This document shows positions 48,001-58,600 of a stretch of DNA of 64,000 bases, piece by piece. The notes under the pieces are model-generated. The model searched no databases. It saw only the letters and a program-made list of their open reading frames with translations, and had not been told where the DNA came from. The position numbers and the translations under genes were made by a program. The stretch lies in contig BCGN01000001.1 in NCBI GenBank assembly GCA_001599295.1, forward strand, positions 1,054,001 through 1,118,000, written 5' to 3'. Within the stretch, counting starts at the first letter, position 1. Every line of letters begins with the position of its first letter. The DNA is from Sporopachydermia quercuum (taxonomy: Eukaryota).

Positions 48001-49399
48001 TTCCGTTGGAGTGATTATTGATGGTGTCATCAATGGAACTTTCATTTTCTTCTCGTCTTCTTTTCTTTTCCTCAAACTCGCTTGAGCTTCTTTTCCCGAT
48101 CACACCTCTACAGTTAGCTGAACCACATAAACATTCCTGAGCTTGAGCTCTATCAAACCAATCAAAATTGTAATCATAGGTTATTTCCTCACCGGGATTT
48201 ATACCATTGGGCCCAGCGAAGAGTCCTATTCTTGCCACACCTTTGACTAGCCATTTTTGCATTCCAGCGTTTGGAGAACATGAATGATTCGCAAATTTAG
48301 CGGTGGAACCTCTGATTCCTGCATCAAGAACAAAACCCTTGTCATAATTGAGAAAATAGTAGTTCTGTTGATCTTTATAGATAGAAGACAGTCTCTTATT
48401 GACTTCAGAGTATGAAATAATATCACCAGTGTATTCAACAATTAATTGGTTCGGGACGTAAGACCGAATAGCTCTTAATCCATAACCGCGGTTCGAAGTT
48501 TCCACAACTTCATAGCCTTCGGCATATCTCTTGTGTCTCTGTAGTTCTTTAGCCAACGTAGTGAATTGTCTGTTCCCACAGTTCTCATTACCAAAAGGGC
48601 ATATAGCAGGATCACATTCCCATTGAAGCAATCTGTTCAAACAATCCTCTCCACATTTCTCAGTACAGTTACATATCGGTTTGTTGTAGTAATCAATTTT
48701 CTTTGGTTTAGAGTCAACCCAAATGTTCTTTTTCAGGTTTTTCCATTTCAAAACTTTGCGCTCTCCACTAGAAGGGCAATAAATGTTCCAAGGCAATTTG
48801 AATGGACGGTCAGTGTCAATCAAGCTCTCGTCATGTGGTAAAGTAATCAAAGGTTTTTTGATATTCAATGAGCTTGATGATGACGATGAATATGAGGACG
48901 ATGAGTTCAGTGTTACACCAACAGATCTACGTTTCGGAACTGTGTAAAGACCTGTTGTCAAATAAAGCTTCACAGGTTTCTTACTGGAAGCACCATTGGA
49001 AAATGTATCAGAATCATTGTCCGAATCCGAGTCTGAAGAATCATAGTAAGCAAATTTCCTGTTATATGAATGCTTTTGATAATAAGCTTCCCAGTCATAA
49101 ACTTGGGAGATCGAATCAACAACGTGATGAAGCATGGAATCGCCAATCTTAGGAATCGGACAATTACAAAGGAAGTCCTTTATTTCAGCAACAGCATTTA
49201 CCTTTGAGGTTCTCCGTGAACTGATTCTTCCAAGTTTGGAAATCGATGTGTTGATATGATAAATTGGAGTCTTGCTAAGCAAATCTTTGACTGGTTTCGA
49301 GGGTCTTCCTTTTCCTCTGGGTCTTCCTCTTGGTGCCTTTGTCGCCGATGATGAGGACGGGGAGGATAAAGATGATGTTGGTGAAGTTTTTGGCGGCAT
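45017..49399 (-). CDS. ASH1: ASH1/ASH1L-type histone H3K36 methyltransferase (AWS-SET-postSET, AT-hooks); not the S. cerevisiae Ash1 transcription factor
   Basis: AWS 'CNCTEKCGEDCLNRLLQWEC..CPFG..CGNRQF', SET 'RGYGLRA..EYTGDII..AKFANHSCSPN..GEEITYDYNFDWF', postSET 'CLCGSANCRGVIG', upstream 'LYLTTGLY' and 'PFKLPW', AT-hook-like 'PRGRPRG' and 'VGRPPK'. No WW/SRI domain as in Set2. ATG is at 49399. Confidence 0.8.
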   Translation of the reverse strand: MPPKTSPTSSLSSPSSSSATKAPRGRPRGKGRPSKPVKDLLSKTPIYHINTSISKLGRISSRRTSKVNAVAEIKDFLCNCPIPKIGDSMLHHVVDSISQVYDWEAYYQKHSYNRKFAYYDSSDSDSDNDSDTFSNGASSKKPVKLYLTTGLYTVPKRRSVGVTLNSSSSYSSSSSSSLNIKKPLITLPHDESLIDTDRPFKLPWNIYCPSSGERKVLKWKNLKKNIWVDSKPKKIDYYNKPICNCTEKCGEDCLNRLLQWECDPAICPFGNENCGNRQFTTLAKELQRHKRYAEGYEVVETSNRGYGLRAIRSYVPNQLIVEYTGDIISYSEVNKRLSSIYKDQQNYYFLNYDKGFVLDAGIRGSTAKFANHSCSPNAGMQKWLVKGVARIGLFAGPNGINPGEEITYDYNFDWFDRAQAQECLCGSANCRGVIGKRSSSEFEEKKRRREENESSIDDTINNHSNGNNTGHSNNHNVLNSLSSPSILTSSKFGYGTSSIQSSSSSXASPSIASSSSSSSLPNKSTGKRSYNKKAKPTITTTFDEKPRRGRKRKHPIEMPAEEIIQPSSRRGRRRLDDVKRLKAIREQELAEEQQRLDAEKKRKEQEHRRDELEKKRILDQEKRDIERKHQRELIQKGKVKDTKRRTSENKKEQAIKVRNTNEDTQAPQNKSSMSRESNPANALEAVKAVATEKLENVVGRPINASRTAGTKEPNVVDIEMQGNASNESKAIELKQIEVLLSRVEKPERTKGRGEKQTDSVLLPKKRRGRKKASESNVDNDNSARATLKSAEIVSQPVPSITKSNNVLASTASTTSMFSSSNGKPLSRVPDNRRSSLAISDLINVSSPSPAFNRNPVSHGPSPHLNISGAMSPSPVTLPSPQAGPAPVLSTDSQEPQEHYRRTSLGPFQPLRFPPHELQQPQTPNPSLGLPPNLPPLNTSTQSQFTAQPFSSLVSRGVPTHHMVQQNPNAIPRAPPNLPSNVIERPLYIGHSLPLDANGTPVFQQPQIWRSTAENQPTSASVQNQLLPIETERQPEEPDTKKLPKGKGRKVGRPPKLKSMPGQSGNDTGVLSEKLSKRTYKRRSKDKVKGQESHVNKQDQTGDTVRNTQPGYSPVSPITFTRRQLVPFEATAGPTLPRGAGPDRVLRDAEDRSNAQLSPNQSYNNVYIEPVYPPAREGPILVKVYNNPLMNPPTGSRMNYVYQAQQGSPMQLQQQPLQQILQPPQSSMESFSQPPQQTSLLTPQSQKLSGKTKGXAKENASTESQVKVQAEALVPQLSPLTQQQPQPQTQPQPQFQQQTPGYYPMMQNSSIQERFPERLPERIPERFQERLPCPPGGLPPLGPMRFDSNAFFSSPSVIPFDHNLNKQRPESPSGNTTGRKANQASKGKLKQDANKKSSPKKRKSESVPRKKQKKRDNTKRPWTMHFTTDENQFLTRKEAVPPAPKERNEKSHPLSIGNLIF

Positions 49400-51299
49400 T
49401 GTGGACAAGTAGATTGAAAATCGAAATATAGGCAATGCAATAAAGGTGAAATGAGAATTGTTTGAAAGAAAACGCGTAGAATATTAGTTCTCTCCTAGTC
49501 GGTTTAGATGTAAACTGCAAGACCGTTGTTTAAAAGGGCAAAATCAATGGCTGATTTCTTCAGCGTAAGCAAATTATCTGATATTTGATTCAATGATACT
49601 ATTGCTGAATTGATATCTCATACGTGTTTCCTGTCATCAGTTTTTGATAAGTCGCAAGAAAGAACACAACTAACAAAACAACGAAGCCTTGGTTGCGCCT
49701 AAAGTCAACGGGCAACTATATCAAGAAGAATTTTATAAACAAATGATAACAAAGTAAACCTCATAACCATCTGATCACTTAAAAAAAATACTCTCTATAT
49801 GGAAGGTCGTTATTAGATATACTGAAAATTATGTAACAAGAAGTACTCTGATAAATTACAGTAAAGGTAAAAGAAACAAACAACACTGAAGCACCTGTTC
49901 AATATGTGTAACTTCCAACAGTTGAGAAACAAAAGTTGAAATTCAAAGGAGGTAACTGTGTTGTTATGTAAGTGGCACTGAGGCTTAAAGGTTAACTCTA
50001 GAAAGATGAAGCTAAAATGTGTGAGGTTTAACTCAAAAAGGAAATGGAAAGAGAAAAGGGCAAGTAAAAAAGTAGATAGAAGAAAAGAGCAAGTGAAAAT
50101 GGAGAATCTAATTTTACATGTGAGTTACAGTGTGACTTACTAGTGGTCATTGTATGGGTGTAAAAGATAGGGTTAGAAACATTAATCATCAATTAATTGT
50201 TGCGTTTGATATACTTAGTCTATAGCTTATACGTAAAAAGAAAGCTGTTTGCAAGTGAACAAAAAGAGATGGAATAAATAAATGGTTGATGATTTCATTG
50301 ATGTTTCTATATAATAACTAATGCAAAAAGATGTAGGAAGGGGTTAGGCAGTAGTAGAATTTGCTATTGACAAGTGAATTTTAGTAGTAGATTGAATTCA
50401 ATGTGGATCGGTAATGGATATTGTAGCAGTATGAATGAGCCTAATGAAATGAGTCAATAGATATATAATTCTTGTCCAGCTTGTTCTGATTCAGTTTCCT
50501 TGATTGATTTATATATTATCTCTGAGATAGCATGTGTCATATCTTAACTCAATTGATCTCTGTCATTATTGATTGCTTTAGAATTATTCAATGAGCTCTT
50601 TTCTTGAAAGTCTCATTTCATGTGGCAGCATGAATTGGTGGTACAAATTTAAAGTTGAGCCTTAAAATTGGGATGATAACTTAAATACTTTAATTTCCAC
50701 TCGGGGTATCATACCGAAGTTTAGTTAGCTTTTGCTATATAATAGAGAATACTCAACTCATAACAAAAAGTATAGCAGTTGCTGTCAAGTTAGTCAACTT
50801 TATTTGTTATACTTACTGCTTTGAGAATGTGAAAGCATTCTTTGTCACCAGATCTAATTGGACTTCTTGATTTCTCCTCAAAGATAACGTCGTGTTTTAG
50901 ACATTTAAAAAATTAAGACTTAGAACAAACTATAATTGACGGTATTTATTCAATATTCTCAGAATCCTTGAATAAATATACAGATATTTCTGAACTAAGA
51001 TGTTTGAGTGTCTTAAAGAATAACATGAGAGAATTCTCTGGTTCGTTCAAGGACTAATCAATGAAAAAGCACAGTCAAAAGCTGTGAACTAAAATTAACA
51101 AGGATTTAACTTACAGTTTGGTCTGAAGTTTATTCCTGTACACTAGCATCAGCACATTCATGCATCATATTGTATATCATCAGCCTTACTTTCTCGACGC
51201 CATTGGCAGGAAAAAACAAGTCTTCAATCACGAATTTATATATCATACATGGTAGCATTTCTTTCATCTAGTATAACTTTCACATACATTCCGTTGTTC

Positions 51300-53340
51300 T
51301 CTTTGTGGTCAGTTCAGTAGGAGAATAGTTATGTCTTATGGTTCCTGGTCTCTCCCCTGCTTGAATAAAGCAATGTTGGGGAAGACGATGTCCTGCCAAA
51401 CATACTGGTTTCCAGTTTGACAATATAAAAGAAATCTGAAACAAATCCCTGAATTGAATCGTCTAAATGCTCCCTGAAGTTAATCTCTCTTCTTTTTTTC
51501 GTGTCTGCTTCTCCAATCAAAATGTACTCTGACCATGCGCGGAGTCAGAAGAAAGGTTATAAAGAATACTTTTTTTTGTTGACTGAAAATTTTCGAGAAC
51601 CAGTTGAGATGAGCATATGGAGATACTTTAAGAGCTATTATACTAAATTCTGGCTCTCAAGTTTTGATTTCCAAGTAGGTGATTGAGTTTGTGTTTAAAT
51701 GAGAGNAATTTCTTTTTCTATTCAAATAATAAGTTCATAATCTTCATTTTCGATCGAATCTTTAAAGAATCACTCTGCTACAGGTTGTTGCTGTTAATGA
51801 TACAAATAAATCAAGGAATATTCATTATCTGGAAAACATCATTAGAGTAGTTTAATGAAACGGAATATGTGAGTGATATGGACATGGCTTCTTTTGCTTT
51901 TATTGTTACCTAATCAGGTCCTTCTAGTGAAATACCAAAGGGCTTAGTCAATTTGTCAGTTAGGGCAAAAATATCAAGAAACAACTATATCAGAGAGTAC
52001 CAGGATATAACTACAGCGTTAATGATTATCGAAATATAAAAGACAGTGTTGAATTATTAGAATACAAAAGCTCCATATCAAATGATTCCGTTGTTTTGGA
52101 TCGCAATTTTGTCTTTTCAAGAGCTTATCTCATATGTCGGTTAATAGATAGGTTCAGCCTGATCACAGCTCTCTTTCATTATCGTTTTAATTAAATGGAA
52201 ATGCTGACTTGTAAATGAAGTCAAAACACTATTTTTTTATGAAAGTTATAAATACTTTTTCTATTTTAACTTGTATCTTTTTGTTGTCTTTCATCAAATT
52301 GTAGTATCTCAAATACTATTTCAAAAGTTAAACACGACTAGACCTAGGTGCAAACTTGTACATCTCGCAGTATTTCCTCTTATTTCTTACATTTACATTA
52401 GGTTAAGTTCTCTAGTTCAGTTTTAATTTTATGAATTGCTGACTTATCAGCTTTGCAAGTTCAAGTAGTTATGCTTTTTCTTGCTATACAATTAATGTTG
52501 TTTGCTCTTCAATCTTCTGGGTTTNTGTTTCCACTTAAAAGACTGTTGGCTTTTCATAAATTTAATCAACCTAACAAATGAAAGCCATTGCTCTCATCTT
52601 GGAAAATATAAGTAAGTATTGTANTTGCATTACCCATTTACCTCTTCGCGCTGTTAATTTTTTTGACAAATTCTTCATGGGATGCAACGGCTGAAAAATA
52701 ATTCAAATATCTAAGAACTTAACTACAAAAAGAAACTCATAAATGGCATCCATCGTTCAGATTTCTACAAGACAAATATAAAATAAACAGGGAAAGCCAA
52801 ACTCCATCATTGTGTATTTGAAATTATTATGTTCACCGTTTCCTACACTAGCTCAATAATAACTTGAATATTGCATGAGAAAAAGCCCCTGCAAGGTCTT
52901 TTCCACTGGAGCAACCATCAACCATATTCAAACTGGTTAAGCAGACAAACAAATCAATGAGCTGTTCCAAAAAAAAGTTGTTTATTTGATATTTATCAAT
53001 ACCCTTCCTCTTAAAAACTATTTTTGTATTGAAATATCAGAAACAATAATAAAATATATGCTCAGTTATCTCAATANCTAAATGTAACCAAGAAAAAGAG
53101 TATTCACTCAGTTTGAAAACCCCCATTCANAGTGTATTGTTTACTTATAATTTCGTACTACAAGTATATCGGATCAAATTATAAATAATCATAAAGACAC
53201 TGTAATACACAATCTTTTCTGAAATATTCTCCAATATTCTTCATCGCTACCTATCTCTTTGGCCTCTTTCTTATTAAATGCATAGTGAAAACGAAAGCTT
53301 GTCAGACCGCGTTGTATGGATTATCAACTCAAACAAAATC
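51300..53340 (-). mobile_element. Possible highly decayed hAT-type transposase remnant
   Basis: Weak but collinear minus-strand peptides across stops and frameshifts: FV*VDNPY..RPKR*VAMKNI (~53330-53230), LFLGYI (~53095), DGCSSGKDLAGAF (~52920-52880), IHNDG (~52810), degenerate CxxH (~52745), WK..FPNIAL (~51410-51365). These resemble hAT VENPxF/PSR, HTGxxLA, TDN/DG, CxxH and WW..FP motifs. Confidence 0.3.
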
Positions 53341-53963
53341 TACATGTAGAATTACGTTAAGGTTTCCAATAGAGTCATAAGAATAAAATAGTACACTCAA
53401 CTTTAACTAAGGGAGAGAAAAAGAAAAATACCAACTAAGTTACTTATTACTTAATTTAATAAGCTATATCATTTAGGTTTTACGGTTGTTACAAACTTTG
53501 GTAAGTAGACCGAACTTTCTCTCGCTACTGTGGGGGCATTTAATGTTCTTCTCTACCATGGGAATATTCGCTTACTTTTTTCACATTTTGCTTCTGAAAA
53601 CAGATCAATGATAGACAAATGCTTTACATGTTAATTGGTGAATCAGAGAGTTTTTANGCGTATTACACAGAGATTATATTGTCATTATTGTAATTTAAAG
53701 AGGGATAGCAATGAACAACTATAAAATTGAATTATTAATAANCCCAACTAGCCAAACCTAAAACTTTTTGGCTGCATATGTTCCTGTTTAGCTGACAACT
53801 GGATACCTCCTAGAACTCCAATCTGCAGTGTTATTTCCTCTTCTAATTTACTCCGTTAATGATCTTACTCAATAGTCATTTATCTTACATTGATTATCCA
53901 ATTACTACTCCAAAACAATTAAGTTAGTCATTTTCACATTGAAATACTTCTTCCTAATTGGTT

Positions 53964-54010
53964 ATGAAGTATCATTCGAATCCCTGTACTAATTCGAATG
54001 ATATTTTCAT
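53964..54010. repeat. 12-bp perfect inverted repeat, extendable to ~18 bp
   Basis: TATCATTCGAAT (53970-53981), 10-nt spacer, ATTCGAATGATA (53992-54003), flanked by ATGAA/TTCAT. Confidence 0.9.
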
Positions 54011-55609
54011 TCTTATTTCCGTAATCCGTAGTTAATTTACTTCCAAGCACTTAAAAAATCAGTCGGATAAATAAAGTTCAAGATCTATTGGATTCGCTCA
54101 TTTGGGTTTCTTTGACGAAGACTTTCCAATATGGAAGGTCAACTTTATTTAAGAATCTTATTACTAATANCTAAAATTGAGTTTTTCTTTGAAAAGAATT
54201 TAAAAGATAATAATTGATCATCGAATGTTTAGAATAATGAACGTTGATTAATGGAGTAGAAAACTTCTAGAGCTATATAACTGAAATCAAAAGTTGAGTA
54301 TTCAATTTGAGTTACCTGATTGAGAAACTTCTATCTGACAGATATTTGATTAGGTTATGCGATATAGCAGATTAGCATAGAAATGAAAATAAAGCACTAT
54401 CAAAAGGTTAGTTCCTCTCTGAATGACAAGTGAATGACAAAGATAGTGAGTCTATAGAGAAATAATTGAGCAATTTTTGATATTGCCTTTACTGCTACTT
54501 TTTTGATATAATTGTGCTTGTAATTCCAATAATTCATGACTCTAAAGTTTGATTATTGCAAATATAACACAATGTGCCTGAAGATGTAAGATTCATTATT
54601 GATAAGTCTGTTCTTTTATATACACTTCCTTTTCNTGCTCTCTCATGACTGCATCTTAAATATNCCTAAATAAGTTCCCAAGAGTTGTAATGAGTATACT
54701 TTGTAGGCTTTGAGTCTGTTCTATATCCTCCTTCTTAAATTAAAGACAATACTGCATCTTTATATAAGAGTTTATCACTTAGTTCACTGGGAGACTGGAT
54801 AGTGAATTTTTTGGTCAAGTTTATCTCAAGTGGATTGAGTTAATTCAATCAAACAGTTCCCTAATAAGCTATTAATAAACTAGTATATGTTATGTTTGAT
54901 GGAAAAGCATCATCAAATGAGTTTTTATAGTAGCTATAAGACAGAGATTGAGTTTCTATCTTTGCTATCACCAAGAGTTTAAAATCAACCTATATCGTCT
55001 CCGGTTATTTATCAATAATTGCTACAGCTTTGGTAGTCCCCACAGAGTATAAGGATTGAAATGCAATTACTATCATTACTATCATCACTATCATAAAGCT
55101 AGATTAATCGCAACCTTTGTATTCAAAAAGTTTATACCACTTCAATCAGATATTGTCATCTTAACAAAGTATATAAGAACCATTAGTTCTATATAATCAT
55201 AAGAATACTATTAATACATAAGGTTTACAAAGCAATTATCAATAAAAAAAATGTGTTCAATATCATTACAACGGCTTGTCATACAAGTCATCACTAGAAC
55301 TAAGATGAATTGCGATATTGACATTGGATTCTTAACAGATTTTAATAGTTGCATATAAACGGTTGGTATAGAGGTTGCTATCATTATAGTTATAATTATA
55401 GCAAATACTGAATTTAGTACCAATTTGTATAATAAAATCACTTTGCCACAAATAAAAACTAGATAACTAACCAGACTCTTCTCGAGGGAAGCTATTGAAT
55501 ACATAAATATGAACTATCACTACGGCTAGCACAATTTTCAAATTGAAATAATTATGATAAAATAAATATTATGCTAAATAAAGTATCATTAATCATTTAG
55601 GTCATTACT

Positions 55610-58600
55610 TTAATCATTTTTGATGAGACCATGACAATAATCAATAAAAGCTTTCTTTTCTAGTAAGCCAACGAAACTATTATTATTATCATAAATTGCA
55701 ATGATTCGAACCCCCATTTTATTGAAGGTCTCATAACCCAAAGTTATTGTTGAATCACTTTTCAGAATAACTAATGAAGTTTGGATAATATTTGTTAAAT
55801 TTGTTAGTTCTTGTAATAATCGAATTCCTAGCATTGAACTGTTAATGATCGAACTATTAACATTCACATTATTAATATTACTACTCATACTATTATTGTT
55901 TCTTCCAGTAAGTTCTTCACTTGCTGCATCTGAATTATAGTAGTGAACACCGATATTACAATCATCAATAATAGTTTTGTTTATATTATCATCAACAAAT
56001 ACCCCATGATTGGCATCCCTTTCTAGAATACAGAAGATCTCATCATGATAGGAAAATTCATTATTGAATTCTCTCAATTTATCCAAAGCAAACTCCAATT
56101 CAGGAGCATGTAAAACACCAATGAGGTGATTACTCGATATGTTATCGTCTCTTCTTATACGTTTAATTATTGGTATATTCCCATCCAATTGACCTTTATT
56201 CTGAATTCTGATCAGTGTCCTTCTCAATTCATTTGATGAAACAAACGGTGAATTTGTTATGTCAATTATTTGATTACTATCCTTATCATAGTTAATATCA
56301 ATATGTTCACTTATAAGATCGCCAAGCGTAACATTAGTATCAAAAACCTCTGAAGCTTTATTATCAAGAAATGGTAACCGATATTGCATCAATAACAAGT
56401 CATACACTGATCTTTTCTCAATAAACGAGGAAACCAAGTTTGAAAAAAATATTGATATTGATATTGGTAAAACATATGTATAGCTCGATGTTATTTCAAA
56501 TAATATAACAGCCAATGTTATGTTCATTCTTGTGACTCCAGCCATAAATGATCCTGCACCAATGATTGCATAAATTCCTGATTCAATGCATTCAATTGAA
56601 CCTGAAGGACTGGTCGAAGCCTCNCAGGTAAATAAGACCAAATTCGAGTTCTTGGATTGAACTAGTTGTAAAATAATTGCGATTATTCTACCATAAATAG
56701 CACCAATTATGAGACTTGGAACATAAATCCCTGCTGGTAATTTCAGACCGAATGAAAGAATTGTGAAGCAGATTTTGAATACCAGTAAAATTGTCAAATT
56801 ATAAATTATTGTTAATGAATCATTCTTACTGTTGATTGAACAAAATAGTGATTTGTTGTTTGAACAGGAGTTTGCTAAATTTTCAAATAATTCAGTAGCT
56901 GGAATCTTCCCATACTTAAGAAAATATGAGGAGACAGTAGTCAGAAATGTTATAGCTAAAACTTCAATCGTAGGACTCAAAACTTTCTTGAATAGCGCCT
57001 TCTTCTTTAGATTAAAACACCACCAATTGACGAATTTACAGAAGAAACCACCAAATATACCACCAGATAATCCAATGAAAATGTACCAGACCAATTCAAT
57101 TGTAAGCCAATCAGAATAATTTGTGCTGACAGTAAATGGTAACGTTTTGCCGTTACCATTAGGATTTAAAATTCTATAGGAAAGGATTGAAGTTATGGCA
57201 GTGAAAAAAACCTTGAATAACTGATTTGAAGGAAAATAATAACTTATCTCTTCTAATGAAAATAAAACTCCACCAAGGGGGCTACCAAAAGCTAGCGCAA
57301 TACCAGTACTAGCAGCAGCAGATAATATCTGTCTTCTTTCTTTATCATTAATTGAGAATTGTTTAAATAAACGACATGAGATGTTTCCAACACATGTTGC
57401 TAAATGAACATATGGGCCTTCCTTACCAATGCATAAGCCTGATGACAATGAAAATATTAGAGCAATTGATTTGCAAATGAGAGTATAAGAACCTAGAACC
57501 TTTCTCATGATAAACCCTGATAATATCGTTTTGACTTCCGGTACTCCACTACCTGCTGCTGTATAAATAATTCGTGGTTCAATAGGAGTAGAGGAATTCT
57601 NAGTATAATATTGCATTTTATGCTGACTAGTGTGTTTATTGGTATGGTGATTCTCATCAGTTTCACGATTCTTATTCAAGTCATAGTAATTTGTAGATGT
57701 GGTCAAATTACTACCATAAGATACCACATGGTTTAGTAAACGACTCCCAATTGTCATTGATTCATCATTCTTATTATTATTTTCATTATTGAAAGCCCTT
57801 TCTTTTGATTTCTTAGCCTTTTTTTCTCTAGCATTTCTCTTATTGTTAGAGTTATTATGGTTTTTAACAGGAATAACTGCTTCAACTTTTGTTTTAAGAG
57901 TAATCAAAACACTTAAGTAAGCAAATAATAAAGATAAAAACAAATAGATAGTGAAATCGATAGGAATATCAAAATTGAATAATTTGATATTAGAGAATAA
58001 ATTACTTTCTGACCAATTCATCCAATTTTCACATTTCCTCTCCCTAGTGTCATTGTTTTCACAACATTTTGAACGAGAGTTTAAAACACTATTCAAACAA
58101 TATCCAGTTTTCAGATCAGTTAACAATGTTTCAGATATGGTTATAGTATAAGCAATTATGGAAAATGAGATAGCAATAATCGTAATCAATACCCAAACTT
58201 CGATTGCTTGTGAAAATCTTACAATTTTACCTCTTAAGCCAGGAATTAGTTTCAATGAGTAGTTTCTGGAGTTTATTTTAATTGAATCGACAATCCAATC
58301 CATTGTTGTAAAATCGTCATAGAAACTTCTTTCAAAAGGTAATGGTGCATTCAAGCCTTCATTATTAATAGGGGAATTGTTGATATGTGCACTACTACGA
58401 TCGTTGCTATTATTGANTGAGTCGTCAAATAAGTCAAAATTCCCAGTGTTTCTCTTTCTAATAGATTTCAATGATTCGATATTGGTAGAGTCAATTGATG
58501 CTTCTTTATTGTTATCGTTATGAGTCCGACTATTACTTGTGATGTTGCTATTGTTGCAATTGTCCTTATTGAAATCTGAACGTTTATGAATGAAATAATT

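Noticed and set aside
45034..49520. Numerous overlapping and antisense ORFs within long genes (ASH1-like, COR1, ERG1, CLC, Acinus-like)
   Set aside because: Shadow frames of real CDSs with no independent homology.
51501..51686. 'IKMYSDH' as a Ty3/gypsy RNase H remnant
   Set aside because: Single short motif with no RT, integrase or LTR nearby.
55211..55504. 97-aa hydrophobic ORF downstream of the CLC gene
   Set aside because: Hydrophobicity is expected from T-rich DNA; no family motif, and it lies in the probable CLC 3' region.
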